Shown here piece after piece: positions 1 through 8,771 of a stretch of 64,000 nucleotides of DNA. The notes beneath the pieces were generated by a model, which saw nothing but the letters and a program-made list of their open reading frames with translations, did not search any database and was not told the origin of the DNA. The number at the start of each line of letters is the position of its first letter. Positions within the stretch are counted from its first letter, which is position 1. Where the stretch lies: IMG/VR virus record IMGVR_UViG_3300032334_002567, positions 186,001-250,000 of that record; one strand, 5' to 3'. A program made the translations under genes and the position numbers.

Positions 1-1
1 A

Positions 2-580
2 ATTATTGATGACGTTTTGTCTTCTGAGGAATTAGAATTAATTTCTCTGTTTCTATCCAACTTAGGCCACTGGTCCCAGTCGAATGGGGGTGGCCTAAGT
101 TGGCAGGGAAGGATCATTCATGACTACAACGTATTCGAAGTAAACAATCAGTTGGGTCTTTTGTTGGCAAGTTTTAGAAATAGATTCCAGAAAGCTATTT
201 CTGAAGCATACCAACTCAAGGACTTGATTTATCCTGATACATTTGAAATTGTTCGTTGGGATGTTGGGTCTGAACAATCGCCTCATTGGGATGATATGGT
301 CGGGACTACCGCATCGGAGGAACACCTTCAATGGTGCAAGCACAGGGCTTATGGCTCTGTGCTTTATTTAAACGACGATTATACAGGTGGAGAAACTTAT
401 TATTCAAATTATGATTTCCAAATAACACCAAAAGCTGGTCGTTTGGCTGTGCATCCGGGTGATAAGAACCATGCACACGGAGTTCGTAAGGTATTAGGAA
501 AAACTAGATATACTATTGCATCTTTTTGGACTTTCGATAAAAATTTTGAAGATATATGGATTCCAAATATAAATTCTTGA
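2..580 (+). CDS. 2OG-Fe(II) oxygenase, prolyl-4-hydroxylase-like (probably 5'-truncated by the window edge)
   Basis: HxD (HWD), YLNDDYTGGET, HGV and RYT motifs; frame is open back to position 2. Confidence 0.85.
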   Translation: MIDDVLSSEELELISLFLSNLGHWSQSNGGGLSWQGRIIHDYNVFEVNNQLGLLLASFRNRFQKAISEAYQLKDLIYPDTFEIVRWDVGSEQSPHWDDMVGTTASEEHLQWCKHRAYGSVLYLNDDYTGGETYYSNYDFQITPKAGRLAVHPGDKNHAHGVRKVLGKTRYTIASFWTFDKNFEDIWIPNINS

Positions 581-638
581 CTATTTGCTGCCATTTATTT
601 ATTTTTCATTTTATTTAATATATATCTGCGGAGGGATC

Positions 639-911
639 ATGAAAACATTTAGAGAATGGCAATTAAAAACAAACGAATCTGCGGATTATTCCGATTTGTT
701 TGATGCCGTCACCAAAGAAGGTGCGAAGCAGCAAATAAGCCAGATACTAGATGAGCACCCAGAATTGGTGGATGGAATAAAGAATTTTAAGCAGAATGAA
801 CCAGAAAAGTTCAAAAGAAGTATTAGTAATTTTAACAATAATAGCGTTGATTTAAATCTTTTGATTAAATTATCGAAGGGTAAGTTTCTCGGCTATTACG
901 ATTGGATGTAA
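639..911 (+). CDS. Hypothetical protein with head-targeting-like leader MKTFREWQL
   Basis: Start re-set to ATG 639 after GGAGGG; TATATA at 619-624. Confidence 0.7.
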   Translation: MKTFREWQLKTNESADYSDLFDAVTKEGAKQQISQILDEHPELVDGIKNFKQNEPEKFKRSISNFNNNSVDLNLLIKLSKGKFLGYYDWM

Positions 912-914
912 AGT

Positions 915-1199
915 GTGATAGGTGTTTGCCCTAGTTGTGGTTACAAACTAAACAACAAACTAAATGATGGTTTGTCAAATTGCATCAATTGCAATTGTGT
1001 CTTTAGTTCCACCGTTTTTAATGAGCTTTTAGCTGCCGCATGGCAGATAAGAAAAAACAATCTAACCATTGAGCAGGCACAAGAACAGATTAAAATAGAT
1101 AAAGACTTTATTGTTTTTGCTTTTTGCTTTGCTTCTCTTTTTGAATATTCGCATGATGAGTTTCTTTCTTTATTAAAAAAACTTGGTATCAAAAATTGA
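915..1199 (+). CDS. Small zinc-ribbon protein
   Basis: CPSC and CINC pairs. Confidence 0.6.
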   Translation: MIGVCPSCGYKLNNKLNDGLSNCINCNCVFSSTVFNELLAAAWQIRKNNLTIEQAQEQIKIDKDFIVFAFCFASLFEYSHDEFLSLLKKLGIKN

Positions 1200-1250
1200 T
1201 CGACTAGTTTGTTTCTGCTAAAATCTTCCTCGCAACCCGAGGACGCAGAA

Positions 1251-2258
1251 ATGAATGGAATAAGAATTTTTGGTCTAGGATCAAGCCTCAAATATGCAGA
1301 TAAAATTTCTGGTATTCTCGGTGTAAAAAGAACTCCACATATTGAACAATTTCACGATGACGATGAACCTTACGTTTTATCTCAGGAAAACGTAAGAGGT
1401 TGTGACGTTTTTATTGTTTCTAGTCTGCACTCATGCAATGAGGAAAGACTAGCAGACAAATTTTTAAAATTAATCTTATTTGCACGTTCTTTAAGAGATG
1501 CATCTGCAAAAAGAATAACTTTGGTGGTTCCTTATTTTGCTTTTCAAAGACAAGATAGAAAAACAGAAAGCAGAGCACCCGTATACACAAAGTATATTCC
1601 TGAAATAGTAGAAGGATTGCTAAGGCCAGATGATAGAATTTTAACTATGGATGCACACAATTTAAGTGCATACCAGAGCGGCCTCAGGATGATGTTGGAT
1701 CATCTAGAGGCAAAACCACTAATAGCAGACTGGTTTAGTCGTTCTGTTAATAGACTTTGGCCCGATCTAAATTTAGATAATTTGTGTTTTGCCTCCCCAG
1801 ATGAAGGTGGAGTTAAGCGAATAGGCTATTATCGGAAAAAAGTTCAATCAATAATGGGAATTTCAATTTCCACTGCATCTGTCTACAAAACGCACGAAGG
1901 AAGAGACATACATGCCCACGGAGTCATGGGCAACGTTGAAGGAAAAGATATTTTTCTTGGTGACGACATGATTTCTTCCGGTACCACCCTTGTAAAGGCT
2001 TATGACGCACTTTCAAGCATGGGTGGAAATGTGAGGGCTGCTATTGCGACACATGGCCTTTTTGTGGGTAAATCAAATGAAAATATTAAGTATCTGATTG
2101 ATAAAGGTGTCAGGATAATAACCACAGATACCATCCAAATAAATCGATTAAATGAAAATTTAAAAGAAAAAGTAATCACAATTCCAACATATGGGTTATT
2201 CGCAGAAGCAATTAGGTGTGTTCACAATGAAGAATCCATTAGTAGATTAATTTCTTGA
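1251..2258 (+). CDS. prs: Ribose-phosphate pyrophosphokinase (PRPP synthetase family)
   Basis: ENVRGCDVFIV, VPYFAFQRQDRK, SPDEGG, DDMISSGTTL and ATHGLF motifs; start re-set to MNGIR. Confidence 0.9.
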   Translation: MNGIRIFGLGSSLKYADKISGILGVKRTPHIEQFHDDDEPYVLSQENVRGCDVFIVSSLHSCNEERLADKFLKLILFARSLRDASAKRITLVVPYFAFQRQDRKTESRAPVYTKYIPEIVEGLLRPDDRILTMDAHNLSAYQSGLRMMLDHLEAKPLIADWFSRSVNRLWPDLNLDNLCFASPDEGGVKRIGYYRKKVQSIMGISISTASVYKTHEGRDIHAHGVMGNVEGKDIFLGDDMISSGTTLVKAYDALSSMGGNVRAAIATHGLFVGKSNENIKYLIDKGVRIITTDTIQINRLNENLKEKVITIPTYGLFAEAIRCVHNEESISRLIS

Positions 2259-2280
2259 AAAATTTTTTGAAAAATCAGTA

Positions 2281-2308
2281 TTGCATAACGGATTTTTTTT
2301 GATAGAAT
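2281..2308 (+). promoter_or_regulatory. Sigma-70-like promoter TTGCAT-N16-TAGAAT
   Basis: Intergenic, preceded by an A/T tract, upstream of the 2360 gene. Confidence 0.55.
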
Positions 2309-2359
2309 TCTCACCATTGGTTCGGTAGATTCTGTACCTGTTTCACAAAGGATTAAATA

Positions 2360-2557
2360 ATGGCTAGAGTTAAGAAGGAAACCCAGCAGAAAGTTTCAGT
2401 TATCATGGAAAAGGCCAATAATCTTTGGCAAGAAGTCTCTCCTAAGTTAAGCGAAATTCAAAAAGAATTCCGTGAAATTGGTGATGGTGCCACCACTCGT
2501 AACAAGAAGCTTGAAAGAGTCATCAAATATTTTTCGAGTTTTGTTGACAAGAACTGA
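2360..2557 (+). CDS. Hypothetical protein
   Basis: AAGGA RBS, 65-aa ORF. Confidence 0.65.
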   Translation: MARVKKETQQKVSVIMEKANNLWQEVSPKLSEIQKEFREIGDGATTRNKKLERVIKYFSSFVDKN

Positions 2558-2568
2558 GCTATAAAAAA

Positions 2569-3039
2569 ATGCCTAAAGGCAAAAAAGTTTGTAGCGAATG
2601 CGGCCAAGAAACTGGTGCCCGTGCCACCCAGTGTCGGTGCGGGCACCAGTTTTCTAGGCCCAAGCAAACGCCAATTGCTGTAGAAAAAACTTCTGTTGAA
2701 GTCAAAGAAACTGTTCAACCAACAGAAACAACGGCTTTTAAGAAGGCCAGCATATCTTGTCCAATAATTTATACTCCTTCTGGAAAGTGCCCTCACAAGC
2801 CAGAAGGATATCAAAAAAATTGGCCCGAAGGTCCGGTCGAGGAAAACGTTGTTGTAGAATGGGCGTTAAGGGTTTTGAACTCTGGTGCAGGTAGACGTTC
2901 TTATACTGTACACGCTGTTCAATACTGGGCTCATGAATTTTGGGATATAAATGGAGAAAATTGTGGTAAAGAATATAAAAGAGTTTGTGATATAATATTA
3001 AGAACTCTTTGCCCCCAGCAAGAATCTTCTTTTGAGTAA
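2569..3039 (+). CDS. Hypothetical protein with N-terminal zinc ribbon
   Basis: CSEC...CRCGHQF. Confidence 0.7.
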   Translation: MPKGKKVCSECGQETGARATQCRCGHQFSRPKQTPIAVEKTSVEVKETVQPTETTAFKKASISCPIIYTPSGKCPHKPEGYQKNWPEGPVEENVVVEWALRVLNSGAGRRSYTVHAVQYWAHEFWDINGENCGKEYKRVCDIILRTLCPQQESSFE

Positions 3040-3041
3040 AA

Positions 3042-3902
3042 ATGGGAAGTCCACATCATCAAGATTTTTTTATAGAGCCCTTTACCAGACCAAAAGGTCC
3101 AAATGGACCTTATATCAACGATCCCGGCTACGAAGTTCCTCCTAAAAAAATTGTTGTTGTGCCTTTTAAGGTTGAAAGCTCTACTCCAGTTTCTGGGTTC
3201 GATGGTTACTACAAAGAAATTGTAGAGCCTTTAGCTGGTAAGCTTAGAAGAGATTGGTTTGTTGCTCACTCATACTATTGTTTACCAATCATGGTAGGCA
3301 ATCAGTATGGTTTTTTAGTGAAATCTCTTAGAGATTATGAGCTATTCTGGGACGGCACAGAAAGAGATGCTCAAATTAATTTTCTAAATAATGATAACGC
3401 TGATAGACAGAACGTGCTAGCAAGATTCGGCTCAGGCGTTGTAAGCATACAAAACTTTTTTGCTCTAAAAACTGCTCCTGGCATTAACCTAATGACAATT
3501 CAACCCCCTAATTTGTTTATTCCGGGTTGTGTAGCCATGACAGCAATTATTGAAACAGATCAAATAAGAAGAGACTTTGCCTTCAGCTTTAAAATCACGA
3601 TTCCAAACTACAAAATAACGGTTAGAAAAGGAGATCCTGTTGGAGCTTTTATTCCTATTCAAAGATATTTTGTAGATGACTTTGAATTATCTATGGTTAA
3701 TGAAGTTTTTGAAGATAAAAGTCTATACGAAAATGAAATCGCTGACTCCTTTGAATTATCTAGACAAAGAGCCAATGAAGATAGAACTAAGCCGCATGAG
3801 TGCGGGAGGAAATACTTTAACGGAGAACATGCCTTTGGACAGAAATTTGATGACCACCAAAGGAATGTGCCTTCTAGATGCCCTATGCGTCAAACGCCCT
3901 AA
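3042..3902 (+). CDS. DUF6065-like protein (beta-rich, often near 2OG oxygenases)
   Basis: YYCLPIMVGNQYG, PPN, IETD and KGDP motifs recalled for this family. Confidence 0.65.
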   Translation: MGSPHHQDFFIEPFTRPKGPNGPYINDPGYEVPPKKIVVVPFKVESSTPVSGFDGYYKEIVEPLAGKLRRDWFVAHSYYCLPIMVGNQYGFLVKSLRDYELFWDGTERDAQINFLNNDNADRQNVLARFGSGVVSIQNFFALKTAPGINLMTIQPPNLFIPGCVAMTAIIETDQIRRDFAFSFKITIPNYKITVRKGDPVGAFIPIQRYFVDDFELSMVNEVFEDKSLYENEIADSFELSRQRANEDRTKPHECGRKYFNGEHAFGQKFDDHQRNVPSRCPMRQTP

Positions 3903-3909
3903 TTTAAAA

Positions 3910-4086
3910 TTAGTGGGCGTCAGACTTGCTTAGTTCACTTCTTAATACCGTTATTTCCTTTTCAGCTTCGATTCCAATTCTAACTTTGTTTTTGTTGTCG
4001 ATTCTAACAACGGTAATCCTAATATCGTCCATATTTGGGCCTCTTAGGATGATTGTTTCGTCTTTCTTTCTGCTTAATACTAGCAT
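3910..4086 (-). CDS. csrA: Carbon storage regulator CsrA/RsmA (58 aa; missing from the ORF track)
   Basis: Manual translation MLVLSRKKDETIILRGPNMDDIRITVVRIDNKNKVRIGIEAEKEITVLRSELSKSDAH; GGAAGGGA RBS. Confidence 0.92.
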   Translation of the reverse strand: MLVLSRKKDETIILRGPNMDDIRITVVRIDNKNKVRIGIEAEKEITVLRSELSKSDAH

Positions 4087-4207
4087 TTTTTAGTTCCCTT
4101 CCTATTATTTTCTAAGTGTCCATCAAGCCTGCCGATATCAAAATAGTGTGGCTCTTTTGAATTTTTTAGACCCAAAGAAGAAAAAATAGGTTTTTTCATT
4201 TTGGTAC

Positions 4208-4235
4208 TTTACAATCGTATTTTTCAGTCTACACT
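4208..4235 (+). promoter_or_regulatory. Sigma-70-like promoter TTTACA-N16-TACACT
   Basis: Same hexamers and spacer as at 12800; followed by an imperfect 5'-UTR hairpin at about 4250-4286. Confidence 0.65.
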
Positions 4236-4323
4236 TATTTCTAGAAGTGATGGTTTTCGAACAAACGGCCCTGTTCGGAAAATCATATGAAAGAAAATGG
4301 GCCTTGTTTAGAAGGTAAGTCAG

Positions 4324-4725
4324 ATGACAGTTTCTAAGGAAATCAATAGTCTTACGAAGGGCTTCCAGAAGTTTTTGAAGACCCTTGTTGCTTCTTCGAC
4401 AACTAGTGTCAAGACCAAAAAGGGCACTAAAGCCAAGGCCAAGGTTGTCAAGGTCAAGGCAAAGAGAACGAAGAGAGTCGCTGGTGAAGTTGGCGGTCCA
4501 GGCCGTCCTTCTGGTGGCTTGAAGGAAAAGTTGGTTGATATTATTAAGGATGGTCCGATGACCGAGCAGGATATTGCTAAGAAGCTCCTGTCGGATAAGG
4601 AAAAGTATGGTTGGAATGAGAACGAGAGCACTCTCTATCAGACGCTTCGCAAGTGTGTCAAGGAAAAGCTTCTTGTTGAAGGCGATGATCGTGATAGGAA
4701 AACCAAGACCTATCAGGTCGCCTGA
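4324..4725 (+). CDS. Lys-rich basic protein with probable C-terminal winged-helix (DNA-binding)
   Basis: K-rich N-half; GPMTEQDIAKKL...LYQTLRKCVKEKLL...TYQV pattern; biased codon use. Confidence 0.6.
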   Translation: MTVSKEINSLTKGFQKFLKTLVASSTTSVKTKKGTKAKAKVVKVKAKRTKRVAGEVGGPGRPSGGLKEKLVDIIKDGPMTEQDIAKKLLSDKEKYGWNENESTLYQTLRKCVKEKLLVEGDDRDRKTKTYQVA

Positions 4726-4775
4726 TTTTTGTCCTTTAGAATCCCCATTACGGGGTAGAAAAGTGAGTTGTGTAA

Positions 4776-5174
4776 ATGTCTGCTACTAAGTCCGCTGCCG
4801 CCCCTACCAAGGCCGGTGTTGCTCGTGAGTTTATGAAGAAGATCGGTGCCCTCACCAAAAACCCACCAGAAGGTTGGTTGAAAAAGGTTGAAGATCACCT
4901 CAAGGAAAAGGGTTTTACTCTCGCCAAGTCCTCCGATGTGCAGATCTACACGATTCGAAGCAAGGCGATGGGGAAAACCAAGAAGGCGGCTAAGAAGAGT
5001 GCCGTTCCTAGCAAAGGCAAGGGGAAGATCAAGTCTAAGCCCAAGGCCCAGCACGGAACGATCCACACCTTTTCTGTAGATGATCTCGCTTCTGCAAAGA
5101 AGTACGCTGATGGTGCTGGCGGTGTTATGAGGAGCATCGAAACCCTCAAGGCTCTGCAACGCCTGATGTCTTGA
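4776..5174 (+). CDS. Lys/Ala-rich histone-like basic protein
   Basis: KTKKAAKKSAVPSKGKGKIKSKPK tract. Confidence 0.6.
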   Translation: MSATKSAAAPTKAGVAREFMKKIGALTKNPPEGWLKKVEDHLKEKGFTLAKSSDVQIYTIRSKAMGKTKKAAKKSAVPSKGKGKIKSKPKAQHGTIHTFSVDDLASAKKYADGAGGVMRSIETLKALQRLMS

Positions 5175-5204
5175 TCCTCAAACAAAACTCAATTGAGTTT
5201 TTAT

Positions 5205-5237
5205 AACCCCGCTGGCAATACCAGCGGGGTTTTTTTT
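5205..5237 (+). terminator. Rho-independent terminator
   Basis: AACCCCGCTGG/CCAGCGGGGTT stem plus T run between convergent genes; perfect 18-bp palindrome at 5184-5201 just upstream. Confidence 0.9.
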
Positions 5238-5242
5238 ATTTA

Positions 5243-6331
5243 CTACTCAAAATTCTCTAAAAAACTAATCCACTTTTTGCCCACCACATTGATGTTGAAA
5301 TTTTCTCTAATATAAGAAGGCCCAGAATTTTTATAGGACAGTTTAATATCAGGGTTTTTTTCTAGGTATTTTATCTTTTCCACAATGTTCTTCGTTGAAC
5401 CCATTAATGGTTCCTCGGCAACTTTATCCTTTAAAAACTTTGAAGGGTTAACGCCTTTTGGAAAATCAACCCAAACAACATTGTTCTCATAGTATTCTGG
5501 CAATGCACCTAACCTATAAGTTACAACCACTAGACCCATAGCAACAGCTTCAGCAACCGCACAAGAAAATGTATCCTGATAAACTAGTTTTCCATGAGTA
5601 AAGCTAGGAAATATAAAATATTCACTTGTAATCAATTCTCTAAAAAGACTTATTTTGTCCAAACCTTTTTCTATGTCAAGATAATCAAAAGACTTAAACT
5701 TTGATTTGTCCCACCCGAGCTCCTCCACAGCTTTTAGAGCAACATCACCGCCCCTAGACCATTGTGCATGAAATATTGTTTTATTAGGAATACGGACCAG
5801 ATTCTCTTTTTCTACTTCTTCAATTATATCTGTCATTACGGGGTTAGGGATCACAACAGAAAACAGTTTTTGCACAACACTTTTAATGCCCCGCTCAGTC
5901 TCTTTTGTGTGCCCTAGCTCCCAGTTAGAAACATGAACCATTCCAACATCTAAAGAATTTTCTTTAGCGAATTCAATTAATTCTCTAATTCCATACATCC
6001 AAGCTAAATGGAACCAGTAAATAACCGCTTTTTTAACTTTAAACGGCAAACCTTTGTAACCTTCAAACCACAGGGAGTTTATAAGAATATCAAATTCTTC
6101 GTTTTTGATTTCAGAAAAGTCTAGATTTGTATAGCGAACCCCTCGACAAATTCCTTTTCCACCACACTCTAAAGCGATAGTTACATCATGACCACAAGAG
6201 GCAAGATACTCGGCAATTAAAATACAGCTTGAATCTGTGCCAGAAGAACTTGCACCACCATGCCGAATTGTATCTCCATTTAAAATGTTACTTCTAGGTT
6301 TGTTTCCTACTAATAAGAATAATACCTTCAT
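5243..6331 (-). CDS. GT-B fold glycosyltransferase (GT4-like)
   Basis: YFIFPS...DTFSCAVAEAVAMGLVVVTYRLGALPE. Confidence 0.8.
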   Translation of the reverse strand: MKVLFLLVGNKPRSNILNGDTIRHGGASSSGTDSSCILIAEYLASCGHDVTIALECGGKGICRGVRYTNLDFSEIKNEEFDILINSLWFEGYKGLPFKVKKAVIYWFHLAWMYGIRELIEFAKENSLDVGMVHVSNWELGHTKETERGIKSVVQKLFSVVIPNPVMTDIIEEVEKENLVRIPNKTIFHAQWSRGGDVALKAVEELGWDKSKFKSFDYLDIEKGLDKISLFRELITSEYFIFPSFTHGKLVYQDTFSCAVAEAVAMGLVVVTYRLGALPEYYENNVVWVDFPKGVNPSKFLKDKVAEEPLMGSTKNIVEKIKYLEKNPDIKLSYKNSGPSYIRENFNINVVGKKWISFLENFE

Positions 6332-6344
6332 GCACCTCCATTTG

Positions 6345-6917
6345 CTATTTATTTGATTTTGTTGACTCCATTAGATCCTTAACATTCTCTACACAGAAAC
6401 CATGCTCTCCACGTTCAATAAATTCGTATATAACGCCTGTTAATTCGCTAGGCTTGGTAAACACTTGAGTTAGACCGGGACATGTCAATGGAGCTTCTGA
6501 GGCAAATTCTGCGTATCCTTTTTCTTTCCATTCTTTCATTGTCTTTTCAACGCTCTCTACCTGATATGCTAAATGATGTATTCCTCCGACTCCATCTCTT
6601 CTATCAACCCATTTTCCAACGATAGAATCAGGTGTCCCATCTGATACGAATATCTCTGGTGGGAGGTGGAATTCAGCAAATAAGCTTGAGTCTATTTCTA
6701 ATTCATTAAAAGAGTCCCCAACATATTGTCGAATCAGCCAATGAAGCTTTTTAACTTTTGGTTTTTCTGAAGGTTCTAGTGCAATGCACTTGGCAGTGGT
6801 TCCGTCCGCAAAATTAATGTCAAATTCTGTTTGTACCCTATACCCAAGAGCATTCATAAAAAATTGAGCTGTCTTTTTGCGATCTTTTACCCTGTAAGCG
6901 ATGTGGTCTAGACGCAT
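6345..6917 (-). CDS. VOC-family metalloenzyme resembling the HPPD C-terminal domain
   Basis: LDHIAY, GIHHLAY, QVFTKP, YEFIER (His/His/Glu metal triad). Confidence 0.75.
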   Translation of the reverse strand: MRLDHIAYRVKDRKKTAQFFMNALGYRVQTEFDINFADGTTAKCIALEPSEKPKVKKLHWLIRQYVGDSFNELEIDSSLFAEFHLPPEIFVSDGTPDSIVGKWVDRRDGVGGIHHLAYQVESVEKTMKEWKEKGYAEFASEAPLTCPGLTQVFTKPSELTGVIYEFIERGEHGFCVENVKDLMESTKSNK

Positions 6918-6929
6918 AGCAAACCTCCT

Positions 6930-7118
6930 TTAGTAGATTTTATTTGTTTTATTCACTATCTCTTTTAAACCCATTAACATGTAGTGAACAGCCAAAGCTG
7001 TTACGCATAGGTAAGAAATACCTTCTGTTATCCTATACGCATTTAAGAGAGTTATTCCAAAATAAGTACAAAATAATAGAGGCTGAATTGAAAATATAAA
7101 AAGTAGTATTTTTGACAT
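6930..7118 (-). CDS. Small membrane protein
   Basis: Two hydrophobic segments; TATATA 4 nt before the ATG. Confidence 0.55.
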   Translation of the reverse strand: MSKILLFIFSIQPLLFCTYFGITLLNAYRITEGISYLCVTALAVHYMLMGLKEIVNKTNKIY

Positions 7119-7154
7119 ACCCTATATATTCAGCCAATAAAGGATGTTAATGTA

Positions 7155-7826
7155 TTAAATTTTGATTGGCTTTTTTAACTGTGACTGCCAAAATTCTAGG
7201 TCCCGAGTATAGGTGTCCCCAATATCTGTCTTGTTTAAGTGAACCTGAATGGCCCCGAGGGGATATACGACATATTTTTGATTTAGAGACCGTGATAAAC
7301 AGCAGTCATAATGCATCGTAGGATTTATATTTAATAAAATATCAAATGCACGATAATTAAGAATAAATGCATGAGAGCAAACAGTAACAGAAGCTTTAAC
7401 TAAATTGGGTGTAATTAGGTCTAAACTCTCATCTGCTATTGTTGCCCCTAAAAATAATATTTCCCAATCTTTAATTTTTGAAATTTGTTCAATAGCAGCT
7501 TCTGTTGGATTTAATGGTGGTTGATTGTCTGCGTAAATTCTACAATCGTCTTCAAGCACTAAGATATTATTCATACCTTGTGCCTTAGCTTTTCTTACTA
7601 TCTCCATATGAGCAGCGGCATTACCAGCACTATACTGCTCAATTTTGTACCCCCCGTCAGCGAGTGGCAAATATCCTAGCTCTGCTGGCGTTTTTCCGTC
7701 TATACGTACAACTTTGGACTCTAAATTAAGTTCTTTTAAGTGTGCTAGTATAGCACTATTTTTATCTGTTCGATGTGGTAAATTTATATAAAATATACAA
7801 TCAACAAAATCTATGAGTTTAAACAT
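7155..7826 (-). CDS. Glycosyltransferase family 25-like
   Basis: YINLPHRTD, LVLEDD, LFLG, CSHAF; start re-set to 7826 because the longer ORF overlaps the tRNA. Confidence 0.8.
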   Translation of the reverse strand: MFKLIDFVDCIFYINLPHRTDKNSAILAHLKELNLESKVVRIDGKTPAELGYLPLADGGYKIEQYSAGNAAAHMEIVRKAKAQGMNNILVLEDDCRIYADNQPPLNPTEAAIEQISKIKDWEILFLGATIADESLDLITPNLVKASVTVCSHAFILNYRAFDILLNINPTMHYDCCLSRSLNQKYVVYPLGAIQVHLNKTDIGDTYTRDLEFWQSQLKKPIKI

Positions 7827-7849
7827 TTCAAACAAGAGCAACTGAAAAA

Positions 7850-7923
7850 TGGGCCATCTAGGACTTGAACCTAGGACTTCCAAATTATGAGTTTGGCACT
7901 CTAACCAGCTGAGTTAATGGCCC
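7850..7923 (-). tRNA. tRNA-Ile2 (anticodon CAU, lysidine type); no encoded CCA
   Basis: Full cloverleaf GGGCCAT...ATGGCCC-A; anticodon loop CTCATAA; C4-G69 and C5-G68 TilS determinants; directly downstream of tilS. Confidence 0.9.
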
Positions 7924-7947
7924 CTTGTTCAGTTGCTCTTGCACATC

Positions 7948-8592
7948 TCACTTCTGCCTATTTGCTTCTAAAGTTTTCTCAATTTTTCTTTTCGCAAATT
8001 TTTCTAACGAAAGTTTTTGCGAATTCATTTCTGGGATAATATTTTTTCGAATCCAATTTCTGCGACTCCCTTTGATCACAGAATTGCTTTCGTCTTCAAC
8101 AACATAACACATCCATTTGTTTCGATCAAGGTACTGTTCAAAATCTTTTTTTGTTGAAAGTAAAAATGGGTGAATAATTTGATAGTTTTGAAAATAGCTA
8201 GTTAATTCAAACGGCACATGATTAGGATGCCCTCTAAAACAATTGAGAAGGTAATTCTCTACCCAGTCATTAAGATGATGAGCGGTAATTACTTTTCCTC
8301 CACCAGCGGCTTCTTCATAGAAATTAAGCCGTGCGTTTCTGCATTCTGCTTCTGTTTTTAAATTAGACCCTACAGAACTGATGCCCGCACAATTTAATTT
8401 TTGGCATAGTTCCTTAAATCTAAATTCCATTTTATGGTTTTGTTCCCGCAAATTATGATTAAAGTGCAGTGGTGTAATGTTGTAGCCCTTGCTTTTGAGC
8501 CAAAATAGGGCTGCAACACTGTCTACACCCATAGAAACCGCCAGATAGTAGTGCTGGTCTTTTGGTGCGAGTTGTTTGATGATTCTGATCAT
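7948..8592 (-). CDS. tilS: tRNA(Ile)-lysidine synthase, minimal catalytic-domain-only form
   Basis: AVSMGVDS PP-loop, HFNHNLR, EAECRNAR, TAHHLND, EDESN and RNWIR motifs. Confidence 0.9.
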   Translation of the reverse strand: MIRIIKQLAPKDQHYYLAVSMGVDSVAALFWLKSKGYNITPLHFNHNLREQNHKMEFRFKELCQKLNCAGISSVGSNLKTEAECRNARLNFYEEAAGGGKVITAHHLNDWVENYLLNCFRGHPNHVPFELTSYFQNYQIIHPFLLSTKKDFEQYLDRNKWMCYVVEDESNSVIKGSRRNWIRKNIIPEMNSQKLSLEKFAKRKIEKTLEANRQK

Positions 8593-8668
8593 TCTTAATT
8601 TTGAATTGGGTGTTTCGACTATTTAAAATTTGCTTTTCAATTGATCGTATCTTGTTTTAGGTTTTGGG

Positions 8669-8696
8669 TTTACAACCACTTAGATCGTGCTAAAAT
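8669..8696 (+). promoter_or_regulatory. Sigma-70-like promoter TTTACA-N16-TAAAAT with extended -10 TG
   Basis: Upstream of clpX. Confidence 0.65.
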
Positions 8697-8771
8697 ACAG
8701 TCAGTGTATCAATGTTGTGTCTTTGCGTCAAGGAAAGACGAATCAATTTTAAAATAATAAGGAGTGTTAAG

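Noticed and set aside
6831-6843. Third copy of the TTGTACCCTATA box
   Set aside because: Partial match inside a coding region and lacks the GTGTTG half
7827-7883. N-terminal extension of the GT25 ORF in the track
   Set aside because: Overlaps the tRNA-Ile2 gene; ATG 7826 is the better start
7850-7923. tRNA-Met call from the CAT anticodon
   Set aside because: Acceptor-stem determinants and adjacency to tilS favour Ile2; no initiator features
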